Positions 47,678 to 61,264 of a DNA stretch of 64,000 bases are shown here, one piece after another (the first letter of the stretch is position 1; each line of letters begins with the position of its first letter). The translations under genes and the position numbers were made by a program. The DNA comes from Chrysomallon squamiferum (Eukaryota; Animalia; Mollusca), in NCBI GenBank assembly GCA_012295275.1, contig CM022677.1:1550001-1614000 (forward strand), written 5' to 3'. Below the pieces are notes generated by a model, which was not told where the DNA came from, ran no database searches, and saw only the letters and a list, made by a program, of their open reading frames with translations.

Positions 47678-48786
47678 TAGTGAAAGGTGTGTTTAAAAAC
47701 TAGATTGTAGTGAAAGGTGAGTTTTAAAACTAGATTGTAGTGAAAGGTGAGTTTTAAAACTAGATTGTAGTGAAAGGTGAGTTTTAAAACTAGATTGTAG
47801 TGAAAGGTGAGTTTTAAAGGTGAGTTTTAAAACTAGATTGTAGTGAAAGGTGAGTTTTAAAAAGTGAAAGGTGAGTTTTAAAACTAGATTGTAGTGAAAG
47901 GTGAGTTTTAAAACTAGATTGTAGTGAAAGGTGAGTTTTAAAACTAGATTGTAGTGAAAGGTGAGTTTTAAAACTAGATTGTAGTGAAAGGTGAGTTTTA
48001 AAACTAGATTGTAGTGAAAGGTGAGTTTTAAAACTAGATTGTAGTGAAAGGTGAGTTTTAAAACTAGATTGTAGTGAAAGGTGAGTTTTAAAACTAGATT
48101 GTAGTGAAAGGTGAGTTTTAAAACTAGATTGTAGTGAAAGGTGTGTTTAAAACTAGATTGTAGTGAAAGGTGAGTTTTAAAACTAGATTGTAGTGAAAGG
48201 TGAGTTTTAAAACTAGATTGTAGTGAAAGGTGAGTTTTAAAACTAGATTGTAGTGAAAGGTGAGTTTTAAAACTAGATTTTAGTGAAAGGTGAGTTTTAA
48301 AACTAGATTGTAGTGAAAGGTGAGTTTTAAAACTAGATTTTAGTGAAAGGTGAGTTTTAAAACTATATAGTAGTGAAAGGTGAGTTTTAAAACTAGATTT
48401 TGAAAGGTGAGTTTTAAAACTAGATTTTTAGTGAAAGGTGTGAAAGGTGAGTTTTAAAACTAGATTGTAGTGAAAGGTGAGTTTTAAAACTAGTGAGTTG
48501 TGAAGTGAGTTTTAAAACTATATAGTAGTGAAAGGTGAGTTTTAAAACTAGATTGTAGTGAAAGGTGAGTTTTAAAACTATATAGTAGTGAAAGGTGAGT
48601 TTTAAAACTAGATTGTAGTGAAAGGTGAGTTTTAAAACTATATTGTAGTGAAAGGTGAGTTTTAAAACTATATTGTAGTGAAAGGTGAGTTTTAAAACTA
48701 GATTGTAGTGAAAGGTGAGTTTTAAAACTAGATTGTAGTGAAAGGTGAGTTTTAAAACTAGATTGTAGTGAAAGGTGAGTTTTAAA
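47678..48786 (+). repeat. 30-bp minisatellite, roughly 37 copies
   Basis: Unit GTGAAAGGTGAGTTTTAAAACTAGATTGTA; produces the spurious SFKTHLSLQS ORF. Confidence 0.97.
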
Positions 48787-49990
48787 GGGTTGAGCAGGGA
48801 CTAGATCCTTCATGAGATGTTTATTACTGAGAGTGGATTTTAACACAGTATTTTAGTGTGTGTAGTTTTTGTCTGTATTTTGTTGTACGTTTTATTCTAA
48901 CACGAGACTGTCAGGCAGTGTGATGTTTGGTAAAAGTTTTTACAAGATGTGATTATCTTCTGTAATGGAAGTTGGCTGTCGAATGTGAAATTTGAATGTT
49001 TTTCTTTGTTATTAAATGGTTATCTATTTGTAGTGTTATTTTGCTGTTACCTTTCTTTTTTATTTTACTTTATTAGAGAGGAGGCATGCTGTCTAAGTGA
49101 AATCTTTATCTCTCAGTTTAAAGGCTGTCATTCAAGTTGTTTAGTATGTTTGTATTTGGTTGTTTAGAAATCTATGACTACTGTAATTACTTTTTTAATT
49201 TTTTATTTACTGAATGGAATTTAGTAAACTGTTGTAGTGTTTTGTTATTTACTTGTTAAATTGTTGTTGTTTAAGTGTTTGTTCAGATGTGTGTTTTACC
49301 AGTGTGTCAAGGGTTTTACATGTGTGATGTTAGTGTAACTGGTCTGCAGTTGATTGGTAGTGAATGGTATTTGTAAGGTTTATGCAAGTTTCCAGTTTGT
49401 TGATATCTTTCCTGTTTACCAAGTTGCATTAAAAATACCAAGTATTATTACTAATGTTTTTGACTGTTTTGTATTTTTCAAGTGTAGTTTGATTTTTGTT
49501 TAGATTTTGTTTAGATTTTTTTGTATTGTCTTCTGTATTTATTTATTTCCAATAAGCTCAGTTCACCACTCAGTGGATATTTTGTTAGTGCAGTTTTTGG
49601 TTTTAGTTTTGTGTTCAGTGACAGCTGAGTCTATCATGTTGTAAGTGAAGTGCAATGTGAGTCATTACTTTTGGTTTTTTTTTTATTCTAATATTTTTTC
49701 TATTCTTTGTAGAATCCTTCCCAGTCTGCTTTGGTGAAATTTCATTTGGATTTAAATACTGAGTTGATGGAGAAGGTTTTCTAGTTATAGTAATTTGTGA
49801 GTACAGGGTGGTGGTCACAATTCAACTCATTTACAACTTCTCATTGACTCAGTGCTGCAGTGTGTTTGCTGTTAGTGTTAAATCAGTGGTGAACTGGACA
49901 CACTGGTGAATGTACTGTCATTATTATTATTATCATTACTGTTTTATTATTGTTGTTGTTGTTGTTATTACTATTGTTACTATTAACCAG

Positions 49991-51224
49991 GGATACTGGA
50001 TACCAGAAGGAGAAAATGTCAAGATTCCAGTAGCTATTAAAGAGTTACAGGATGGGGCTCCTAACCAGATCAAGGAGCTGTTGGAGGAGACATGGGTGAT
50101 GGTGTCAGTGAAGCATCCTCGTTGTGTCAGAATCCTTGCAGTGTGCATGACGGCACAGATGATGTTGATCACTCAGCTGATGTCACTTGGCTGTGTTCTC
50201 GTGAGAAAAAAAAAAGACCTCATTGGATCTAAAGTCCTCCTCAACTGATGTACTCAGATAGCCAGTGTGAGTGTTGTCAAATATACACACCCATACACAC
50301 ACACACACACACACAGACACACACACACATACACACACACACACACACAGACACACAGATACACACACACACACAAATACACACACACACATACACACAG
50401 ATATACAACACACATCACACACACACAACACAGATATACACACACTGTACATAGATGCACACAGACACAAATACACACAAACACAATACACAACACTCAG
50501 ATACACACACAACACACAGACACACACACACACACATACACACAACATATAGATGCACACAGACACACAAATACACACAAACAATACACAACACATACAC
50601 AACACAGATACACGCAACATATGTATACACAAAACACAGATACATAGACACACACACTACATATAGATGCACACAGACACACAAATACACACAAACACAA
50701 TACACAACACATACACACAACACAGATACACATATTTATACACAAAACACAGAGAGACATACAAACATATGCTTAATCACACATACACAACACATATAAA
50801 CTGAGTTGTTTTTCAGGAATGATTTATTTAGAGGAAAGGGGAATTGTCCATAGAGATCTAGCTGCTAAAAATGAACTTGGTGGGCATTCTTTGTCAACTA
50901 AGTATTTTAATAAAGTTTTGTTTTCACATTTTCTTGTTTGTTTGTTTTTGTTTTGTTTTTGTTTTTTCATTTCTTTGCCGATGTTTATTTTTTGTTTTGT
51001 TTTTTAAATTGGTGTAGTTTTCTAGATCCAATAGAAAGTAGTTTCTTTTTCTTCCTCTATTTAAAAATACGTTTATTTTCCTTTTAAAGGTTAATTAGAA
51101 TCTTTGTTAGTCAGCTTTACAAAACAATAAATAAATAAGTAAGTAAATACATTTTCAAGATTTCAAATAACAGTACATATAACAATTTTATGCAATAATA
51201 ATAAAATAATAAGAACAGTAGTAA

Positions 51225-51262
<38 letters not shown>

Positions 51263-52325
51263 ATAATAACAACAGTATTAATAACGACAATAATAATTAT
51301 AACAGTAATAATAATAGTAATAACAATAATAATAATAATAATAATAATAATAATCACTGAAATTGTGAATAAAATTTTGACATTATGTTTATTTTATTTT
51401 TTTATCTTTGTACAGTATAAACCCCGAATCAGGTGAAGATCACAGATTTTGGATTAGCTAAGCTTCTTGATTACATTGATGAAGAGTACTAAGCTGCTGG
51501 CAGAAAAGTGAGAGGAACAGTAGTAATTCACATTTCTTACTTGGTTCAAATTCAGATTTTAAATATTGAAGTTTAAATTCTGTTTTCTTATTAATAGGGA
51601 ACTTACAAACTGAAAATCTGAATAGTTGAAATTCAATTTTCTTATTAATAGGTAACTTACAAACTGAAACTTGGAACAGTCTTAATTCATTTTTTTTTTA
51701 TTAACTGGGAACATTGATATGCTGAAATTTTAGAAAGATTAAATTTGAGATATTATGCTATAAACTGGAAAATGTATGAAAAACTAGATTTTATTCTTTT
51801 TCACTGTTTCAGATGCCAATCAAGTGGTTAGCTCTGGACAGAATATTCACACACAAAACTGATGTATGGAGTTATGGTATAACCTTCTTTTTATCTTTTC
51901 TCTTTTTTTTAATTATAATTTTAATGCAGAAATGACATTTGAATATGATATTCATGTAAGATGCGTCAATTTTAACACCCTGCTTGTAAAAAGAAAAATA
52001 TATATAATAAAGTGTACTTTGAAGAGAAGTCTAAGCACATTTCTCTTACTTTGAGTCGTTTTGAAATTAATATTTTTTATACTAATTTTTAATAATAATA
52101 AAGCATGAAAATTAATATTACAGGTTCAGTAACGATATACTGAATCTTAATTTTTCAGGTCTGGCTTTGTGATAGTAAAAATATTTCACTGATACAGAAT
52201 GTAAACAAATTTGAAACTGATGGACGTGACTCATTTTTTAAAAGAATTTATAATTTTTTGTTGTTGTTGTTCAGGGTTACTGTGTGGGTCCTGTTTATGT
52301 TTGGTCAAACACGACACGACAACAT
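49991..52325 (+). pseudogene. EGFR: EGFR/ErbB-family receptor tyrosine kinase, unprocessed partial pseudogene (kinase exons 49991-50266, 50817-50879, 51416-51507, 51813-51876, 52275-~52325)
   Basis: GYWIPEGENVKIPVAIKEL...LITQLMSLGC...IGSKVLLN*CTQIA | MIYLEERGIVHRDLAAKN | V*TPNQVKITDFGLAKLLDY...Y*AAGRK | MPIKWLAL-DRIFTHKTDVWSY | VTVW.LFMFG. AG/GT sites flank the exons. At least three in-frame stops plus deletions. Confidence 0.93.
50285..50795. repeat. Cryptic (AC)-rich low-complexity intron tract
   Basis: Degenerate ACAC/ACAGAT units; source of many spurious ORFs. Confidence 0.9.
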
Positions 52326-52329
52326 CCAC

Positions 52330-54345
52330 AAAGTTCTCCATCACGTGAATACTGTGAATTGTTCCCTACTCAAACTAATTTGAACGTGCACACTGAATAA
52401 AGACGAAACATGATCGCTAACACCCGGATTTAAAACACCTCAAGTGAGGTATCCAGTTTCACATCTGTGGTGTTTGGTTTTTTCGTTTGTGCGATTGTTT
52501 CTCTGCTTTCATTTTTATTGTGTGTACATGCGCATGTCTTTCTTCTTTTTTTCTTTGCTTTTATTTGTTTTGATTTTAAAAATAAATATATAAATAAATA
52601 AATAAAACTTAACTTCTTAAAGAAGAAAGTCCTTATAGGCAGCACTGGGATTTTGTTGTCTGACCTGTTGTGGTTTTCCAGACACACTACACACCTACTG
52701 TTTGATGTTGCATGGGGAGGCTCTTTCCAACTCATGAGGTCCAGAATCTTGGAGGTGTTTGTCTGTGTACAGACACACTACACACCTACTGTTTGATGTT
52801 GCATGGGGAGGCTCTTTCCAACTCATGAGGTCCAGAATCTTGGAGGTGTTTGTCTGTGTACAGACACACTACACACCTACTGTTTGATGTTGCATGGGGA
52901 GGCTGTTTCCAACTCACACCAAACAATTGTCTGTGTACAGACAATTTCATTTGAACAATAGTTCAAACTACCCCATTCTGATCTGACTTTTGATTTGATG
53001 CTTTTTTGAACAATAAATCTGACGTTTTTGATTTGAACAGTTTTTTGGAAAACGTTTGCCCACTAGGCAGATTCCTCTCTTTTCCAGCAAAAACTCACAC
53101 AAATATACACTAGTGTAGAGTCTGTCTGTAAACACACAGTAATGCTGGTGACAAAACAGTTCCAACATACAAATAACAAGGTTTCCAGTCCACCAAGGTT
53201 TTCAATGGTTTCAGCATCATTCCTGTGACCTGTATATACTTCTGCATTTGAAATGTCACAAAGTTGGAAGGTTTTGATATCCCACTTTATCGGTTTTTCT
53301 TTGATATGCTGTTTTATAGAGAGGGAGTTTTATATTGGAATCATTCCTTTGTCAGCTAACAGATTGCTTCTCGGTATATAATGCAGCCAGAATTTTTCCA
53401 ACAAGTGCTTGAACATGGGCCTTGATTTGTAAATCTTATCAGATTTGTCTAGCTCCGGGTCTAATACATTTACACTATGTAGCATAGACCATATTGCTAA
53501 AAATCTATCTCTTGTAAAAATCTGTGCAAATCCAGGTGTGATGGTCAAGACATTTTCCTTATCTCACCAAAATTATTCATAGCAGTCCTTGTGAATAAGC
53601 ATTTCCATCACTACTCAACAGCAAAAAAATTTTTAATCTCTGTTAGTGAACTAAACGATTTTGAATAACAATGTGAAGGTTTTGCTTCTCTGATATGTTC
53701 TGCCTGCTGTTAGTTTCAACAACAAAGAGCTGCCATAAATCATCATTCCAGAATAACGTATAAAAGTCAGCAGTGCTGCTCTCATTATTGAGTGAATCTG
53801 GAATATTTTTGGGACCGGGGTTTGAATTGTTTTTCACGACACTCTCTCATGTCATTCATCCACTGACGCTGATCTGCCTGAGTCTGAGAATTCTGTCACA
53901 CCTCGACCACGTCCTCTACCACAGCCACACCCACTACCAGGTTGTAAAACATCAACACCTGGGCTGTGATTATCAGCAGAATCATCTTCACCTTCATTCG
54001 TGTTATTATTATTTGTATCATTGACAACATCATCGTCACTCTCTTCACTTTCAAAATCACTATTATTTCACATTCCAACACTTCATCCTCATCCTCAGAA
54101 TCTGACATTATCATTTGTAATGCCTGCTTGGTTGTCACTTTTTTACTGCTCATGTTTATGAAAAAAAATACTCCAAAAACTGCAATTGTTTGCAAAAACA
54201 TTCGAAATTATCAAAGCTTCCTTCGAAAATACAAGCAGATATACATGTTACAGTCAATTTTTCAAACCAGTCATTTGGTCAAATGCCTCTGACCTCTAGT
54301 CATTTAGCCAAACTGACTAAAATTTCCAGTCATTTGGCTAAAGGG
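52330..54345 (-). mobile_element. Decayed piggyBac (PGBD4-like) transposon
   Basis: Acidic N-terminus MSSKKV...SDSEDEDE; FWNDDLWQLFVVETN; TPGFAQIFTRDRFLAIWSMLH; DKIYKSRP...YIPRSNLLADKGMIP; VFTDRLYTS; C-terminal CVVC. CCC-starting end (CCCTTTAGCCAAATGACTGG) at 54345, but no intact TTAA target site. Confidence 0.88.
52680..52945 (+). repeat. ~90-bp tandem repeat x3 inside the piggyBac Cys-rich region
   Basis: CAGACACACTACACACCTACTGTTTGATGTTGCATGGGGAGGCT at ~52680, ~52770 and 52861. Confidence 0.92.
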
Positions 54346-54439
54346 TATTTCTTAGGTGTTTTCTGTTAACTAAACTGTTTCATCTGTATTGAATAATAAA
54401 ATACATGTAACAACAAATTTACCAGTATGATTCATTGGT

Positions 54440-56030
54440 GACACATAATACATACTTCATTTATTTAAACTATTTACACAGTTGTGACTTCTGCTATTAC
54501 ACAAAACATTATTTTTGAAACAAGCACATCTCTTACTCCGACATCTCTCAAGTCCATTACAACTGCACTTGATGAAACCCTGACCACCGTGTTGAGACTG
54601 CTTTTTGTTGGCTTGACGAAGTGACACACTGTTCATGTCAGATTCACTCAGGAATCTCTGAGGACATAAATCAAACTGGTGTTGACTACATTTCCCTTTC
54701 AGAATACCAGAAGGGCAACCAATGGTATAGTGTCTGTTTTCTACAGCTAATATAACACTAGAATATTTCTACAGGTGGTATAGTGTCTGTTTTCTACAGC
54801 TAATATAACACTAGAATATTTCTACAGATGGATAGTGTCGTTTTTCAACAGCACCATCCTTATAACACTAGAATATTTCTACAGGTGGTATAGTGTCTGT
54901 TTTCTACAGCTAATATAACACTAGAATATTTCTACAGGTGTATAGTGTCTGTTTTCTACAGCTAGTATAATACTAGAATATTTCAACAGGTGTATAGTGT
55001 CTGTTTTCTACAGCTAGTATAATACTAGAATATTTCTACAGATGGAATGGACACAGCTAGGTTATCACCAGCAGCACATCCTTCATAATCACACAGTTGG
55101 TTCTGATAGAGCTGAGGTTGTTTCTTGCTTCACAACACGCTCGTTGAGTTGTTTCTGGTAGAGCTTGAGTTGTTTCTTTCTGTTGAGTTGCAGCTATTGT
55201 TTCTGGTAGAGATTTTCTTTGTTTGTCAGTGTTGTTGCTCATTGGTTGAGTTTTTTCTGGTCAGTGCTGCTCATAGGTTGAGTTGTTTCTGGTAGAGGTT
55301 GAGTTGTTTCTGGTAGAGTTCAGTTGTTTCTGGTAGAGTTGAGCTGCTGGACAGAATGGCTAGTAAGTCATCTTCCTTCTGTAGCTTGTGGATAACATAA
55401 TGTGGTAACGAAGGAAGTCAAACCAATCCTGCCTTTGATGCCAAATAATGTTGTACAAGATGACTGTTTTATTCCAGCATTGAAACTTGAGTTCTTGCGA
55501 AACTGAACAAATTTAACACCAACAGTCCTATCAGCGGCATTATTCTCGCTCATCCTTGCAACAAGCCTGTCTTTAGTGTCATAATTCGCACATTCTACAG
55601 AACTTGACTCTGTGTGTGGCGCGGTTTACCAAGCACTATAATTAGCTCTGGCCACAACTCCTGCAAATCAGAAATGATTTGAGCTGTAAATTCAGAACCG
55701 TTGTAATATATGTGGTGCACTGAAGAGCAGAAATATGTCCATGAGTTGGTTTGCAACTTCAGCAGCTCGCTTAGATGTCAGTGGGCGGATAACAACAAAC
55801 TTTGTAAGATGATCTTGATACACCTTAATCCACTTGACAGAACCATGTGATAACGATTGCATATCAGTGAGATCTACTTGGCCACGAGCAGAGAACTCTT
55901 TAGACAAGATTGGTCAGACAACCACACCCTTTGTCATCGGTTTACACTGACAGTCAATGCACATTGACTTAAACAGTTCAGTAGAATATCTGGTAACACT
56001 GGCAAACTTCTTGCCTATCTTCTTAAGATT
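54440..56030 (-). mobile_element. Decayed KRBA2/SCAND3-like (rve integrase, GIN/Ginger-related) transposase gene
   Basis: RGQVDLTDMQS...YQDHLTKFVVIRPLTSKRAAEVANQLMDIFLLFSAPHILQ, NGSEFTAQII..L.ELWP, GKPRH, GVKFVQFRKNSSFNAGIKQS, and C-terminal Cys-rich GQGFIKCSC...CACFKNNVLCNS. Multiple frameshifts. Confidence 0.85.
54722..55045 (+). repeat. ~52-55-bp tandem repeat (about 6 copies) within the integrase element
   Basis: TATAGTGTCTGTTTTCTACAGCTAATATAACACTAGAATATTTCTACAGG units. Confidence 0.9.
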
Positions 56031-59000
56031 CGAAACTCAGTTTCTACTTCACATGTTTGTTGTTTCATATGATATTATTATACCTCATTTCACGAGTAGA
56101 ACTGTTCATATCTAAGTCAACAGATTTCAAATCTCCAAGATTGTTTTATGCCTTTCAAACTGACAGTGAATGTAATTCATAATCTTTCTATATCTTGTAC
56201 TTTTTTCTTAATATCAATCATTTTACCACTATATCTTGTACAGTTATTTTCATACCATTCAGTTGTTTTTCAATCATGTCTAATTTTTCCAGTTTATCAT
56301 ACATTATATCTAACTTTCTAGTCAAAGTATCTAATTTTTTTACTGACATCTTGATTGTGCACAACTGGTGAAATTAAACCAGAATACTGACCTTGGGATC
56401 ATCAGGTTTGTCCACATTGTCCATACTGTGACTTCTGAGACTGTTGAACTGGTGTTGACAGATAAAATGGTGCAGATGAACATCTTGTTATTTGACATCC
56501 CTGAGCAGCTTGGCTAATGCTTATCCTTATTTTCTGTTCACTTTCTCCATTTTTACTCTTATTTCTTCTCTTTTTTCCTTTTTTATTTCATGTTGCATAC
56601 TTGCGTATATTTACATTGATAAAACAGATAAAATACTTTAATCCTAATAAACATTATATATTTTCACAGAGACATAACTTTTATTTCTGTGTGAGTGCGA
56701 TCTAATGGAAGTAATGGTTACTCGTGTTGAAAACATTAAATGATCACACAAAAAACATCAATTCACAGTTTTGTTCATTAAATCAACCAATATTATTATT
56801 CATTTATAACAGCTTTGGAATACATACATACTGAAGTCATATTTGGATGTTATTCTTACTTCAAAATGTTTTCTTTAACAGCCTCGAGTAACTAACAGTT
56901 TTACAATATTACACTCAGAAAGTAAGAAATTATTACGGCAAGTCATTTTCATGGATAATTTCTGATTCTTGTTATTAATTTCTAATTTGACCACATATGC
57001 AATCATAAAAGTTAAGCATACAAACATTATAAATCCTTACTAATGTTGTATTAAGCTAAAACATAATGATAATATAATCTAAAGACTTATAATATTGTAA
57101 TTTTATTTTTAACTTCATAAAACTATTTCAGTCAGAAAGGATTTTTAAATTCTAACTGTTTACAACTGAACCAAAAAAAAAAATCATTATATACAATATC
57201 CAACATTACAGTAAAAAAATGTTTTATTCACTTTATATAAGTAACATTCAGCAACTTAATTAATGTTCTATTATATGGTTCATGAATTCATTTTTCTCTT
57301 GTTTTCTTTTTACACATTTATTTTAATTTTTACTTTTGCACTTTACTTTCCAAAAATGTCACATTTGCTCACAGCATAATATATATTTTGTTTTCTAATA
57401 TTCAAGATTGTTCATTTAATTTCAACATTATTTATTTATTTATTATGATGATGTTGACCATATTTATGAATAATGGTGTGATGATGATAAAAACAATAGA
57501 AAAGTAATTTTGGTGTTTTATTTTGTAAATCACTGTTACCCCAGTGCAGTAGGTCTCCCAGCCCTGTACCAAGTACACGGTGCACACCTAGAATTGTGTG
57601 TGTTTCCCCTAAACTGACAACAATGTCATGACGATTAGTTGTATGTGTTGTTTGATGGTGATTAATCTACTCAAAATAATAGTGAAGCAAATTATATTGT
57701 TTTAAGTTATTAAGTGACCTGCATTTTAATAGCTAAAGTTTAATCTTTTATTTTGTATTTTGTATTTATTACTATTTTCATGTAATATATAAAAGAGCAT
57801 TTTGAGAGATAATTTAATGTTTTCACTAGGATTTGTTTATGTTTCAGTATTTTTAAGTTCAACTTTGTTTTATTCAGAGCCTGAAATATGATCAAGAAAT
57901 GATTTATTGTTATTTCATTTACGTTAATGGTGTATTTTAGTAATGGATCTAGATGAGTGATTTTAGGAAATCTGTAGAACTGTTTGTTTAGGAAATTCCA
58001 AGCTTCTGTCAGCAGTTTTTCTTATTGTATGGATTGCAGCACTTTACTTTTTTATTTTTAGTTGCTCTCACTCATGTGTTTCCATCTTATCTGGACTATA
58101 AATAATAATGGATAGCTAGAAAATATGAACAATTTTGTTTTTCTTTAAAACAAAAAACAAAAGCCCCAAGAAGGATTGTAAAAGGATATAGTATATAATA
58201 CACATTATGTTTTCACTGATCAGTAACAGATTTTATTAACTTTACATTGTTCTCAAAATGGTTTTACTTATTAATTATATCAGGGTTTATTAATCAGTTT
58301 TAGAAATAACAATATAGCTATTTAAATGACTAATTCATTTTGTATTTATGCTGAAGTCAAATGTGTTCAACTACATTTATCTTTTTTCTTCTGAGAAATT
58401 ATAAGAAAATTGTCAGGATTTTTTCAGATTAAATTAACAATTAATTAAATTTAAATATTTACACTGTTTGCCTTCTTTGATGATTTTATTTTTATATACT
58501 GATAATTTTATATAAATGTTTCATAAAGCAAACCTATTTGCTTGATATGTTAAGTTTTGCTAGTACAGAATCAATGTAATAATGGTTTATGCATCAACAA
58601 ACCTTGTAATAATGTACATGCCAGCCTAATAGAGCAGTGAACAGAACAGTTCTATAAATTTGTAATTTGCTATTTTTAATATCTCTAATCTCAGAAAAAA
58701 AGATAGATTTAATACAGGTGAAAGAAATTTACAATATTAATCTATTGAAATTAAGAATATAAAAACCTTTAATAAATTATTTTAATTTTAAATTGCATGG
58801 AAAAAATACAAATTTGGACTAAAATTCTTCTTGATAAGACAATGAAATGCAGTTAGAGCGTCTTTCACTTTATTTTATGTTTAGTTTGTTAATGAATATT
58901 ATGTTTTGTTGTAGGATCCTAGACAACCGATTCAAGCTGCCTTAGCCAGCACTGCATTTTCAGAAAAGATTCACCAGAAAGCTATTACATCACAGTCTTT

Positions 59001-59259
59001 CAAGAGAAAATCTGTCTGAAATGTAATTTGTATTTCAAAAACTCAGTGATCTCCAAGAGACTGCATTGTCAGTGTGATCAGAACATCCAGTGTACACATT
59101 GTACTTCATAGCAGCTTGCACTGTTTTTATCACTGATGTGTGCTTGGTTATTCTAATTTTTCTCACTGAAAGAGGAATGGAGATTCATCATTGCTCTGGA
59201 ATGCCATCTTTGTAAATAAGCTAAAATCAGTGTGATAGTTAACTTTTTAAATCTATTTT

Positions 59260-59575
59260 TTATATTATTTAAATCGGGGTAAATCAAGGGTTTGCTGGGG
59301 TTAATCAGTCTAAATATATTTAAAACTATGTGATTAGAGGTATTTGAAGTTTTTATTAAAACACAATAAAACAACATTTTTTCTTTATATTATTTAAATC
59401 AGTGTAAAATCAGGGGTTTGCTGGGGGTAATCAATGTAAATATAATTGAAAATTATGTCAGGGGTAATTAGAACTTTTTATACAAAAAAGTTGGGAACAA
59501 AATCTTTAATTTAGGGGGTAATCATTGTGTAAATATATTTAAATTATGTAATTAGGGGTAATAAGAATATATTAT
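59260..59575 (+). repeat. Diverged ~125-bp tandem units related to 46245-46480
   Basis: GGGTAATCATTGTGTAAATATATTTAAA.T.TGTAATTAGG is shared between ~59515-59558 and ~46424-46466. Confidence 0.75.
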
Positions 59576-60516
59576 ATAACTCTCCCAATAAAGTAATAAA
59601 AAATTAAAAAATATAATAATAATATATTTCTAATGTAAACTGTTAACTAAATTAAACTTTTATTTGCATTAACCATGACTTTGTTATTTTTAATTAGAAG
59701 AAACATGATCATCTTCAAGTTGAAATTACTTAAAAACCTGGCTAGATAATAAAACTTAAATATTCAGTTATTTCTGTTTAGACATTTCTAGCAACTTTCC
59801 CACTTTAGAAAGAATAATTGAATTATTTCAATAAGGAATCTTTAAAAATAGAAAATCATAATTTAAAAATGATAAAAATCAAAGAAGAGAAAAAATAAAT
59901 GGAATTTTTCTCAGTATTTTATAATTAGCCTTTCACATGTTGGAAAAATTCAAAAAATTATTTCAAATATGTGCAAATGGAAATGTCTTCCAAGTATTTT
60001 ATAATCTGTATTGAATTAATTTAAAAAGCTAGGTGGAAAAATGAAATTAAATAAATAAATATATAAATTCATAAATAAATAATAAAAGATATAAAATAAT
60101 AAAATACAACCAGGACATGTTACATAAATGAGTGGCAGTACAAATATTTTTAATACAAAAACATTATTTGTAATTAACTGTTTTAAATCCTGACATCTAC
60201 AAAATCAAACCCATTGCATCTTATCTAAAAACAATAATCAAAATGGAAAAGCATACTGGAATTTTTCAATTTCTTAACATTAAAAATGTTAAGGCACATT
60301 CAAATATTTTAAAACAAAAATAAATAAATAAAGACTAGTCTTTGTCTGTTTTTAGTTTTATTATTTATATACTGATCAATATCTTCGTTATTTGTTGTCA
60401 AGCAGCAAAAGATAATCTGATTTAATCATTATTTTTTATATATACATTTTGTTCGATTTTACAAAAACAAACAATCAAAGCACTAGAATGAACAGTAATC
60501 AACAAAAATGGCATTC

Positions 60517-60569
<53 letters not shown>

Positions 60570-60573
<4 letters not shown>

Positions 60574-60703
60574 TTTTTGTTTATTTACAAAACCGTTAAA
60601 TAGAGTTATTTCCCTTAGACTATTAATAGAGGACATTGCATAAGCATTAATGGTCTAAGGGAAATAACTCTATTTAATGTGTTTGTAAATACACAAAAAA
60701 GAC
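60570..60703. repeat. 134-bp near-perfect hairpin (MITE-like palindrome)
   Basis: Arm GTCTTTTTTGTTTATTTACAAA...TTAAATAGAGTTATTTCCCTTAGAC pairs with GTCTAAGGGAAATAACTCTATTTAA...TTTGTAAATACACAAAAAAGAC. Confidence 0.9.
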
Positions 60704-61233
60704 AGCTAAATTCGATTTACTACTTTTAGATGAACTCAGCTAATTGCATAAAAAAAAAAAAAAAAAAAAAAAAATAAAATAAAAAACAATTCGAGCAAAA
60801 TATTCCAATATTAAATTCAACAGTTTCTGAACAACCAGTTTCCATTATTTGTTGGTTTATTTTATTTATGATTATTATTACTTAATTAATTACTGTAAAA
60901 TTCCTATTTCACTTAAAACTTTTCTTTTTCGATTTGCCCCTTGAATAAAAACAATGAATTTTTCTTACAACATATACACTATAAACCTTGAGCAGCCAAG
61001 ATCACTCTGCATAATGTTACTAATCAAACTGAAGTTTATTAAATAGGAAGTATAATTATAATAGCATTTCAAGACAAAACTAAACCCCATCTTTGTAACA
61101 ATGCATTCCAATAATGAATTATAGTGACATATGCCTTTAAGATTTTGTAGTATGAACCATTTCACTTTCATTTGATGTCTCAGACTTTCATATGAAGTCA
61201 TAATGAAGCAAATTAATTATACATTTTTAAAAT

Positions 61234-61264
<31 letters not shown>

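Noticed and set aside
47678-48846. 30-bp array as CRISPR, or the 118-aa SFKTHLSLQS ORF as a repeat protein
   Set aside because: No spacers. The ORF is a by-product of a 30-bp period and is broken by indels elsewhere in the array.
58915-59030. EGFR terminal exon after a good acceptor (ttgttgtAG|GATCC)
   Set aside because: The translation has no motif that can be tied to EGFR without the parent sequence.
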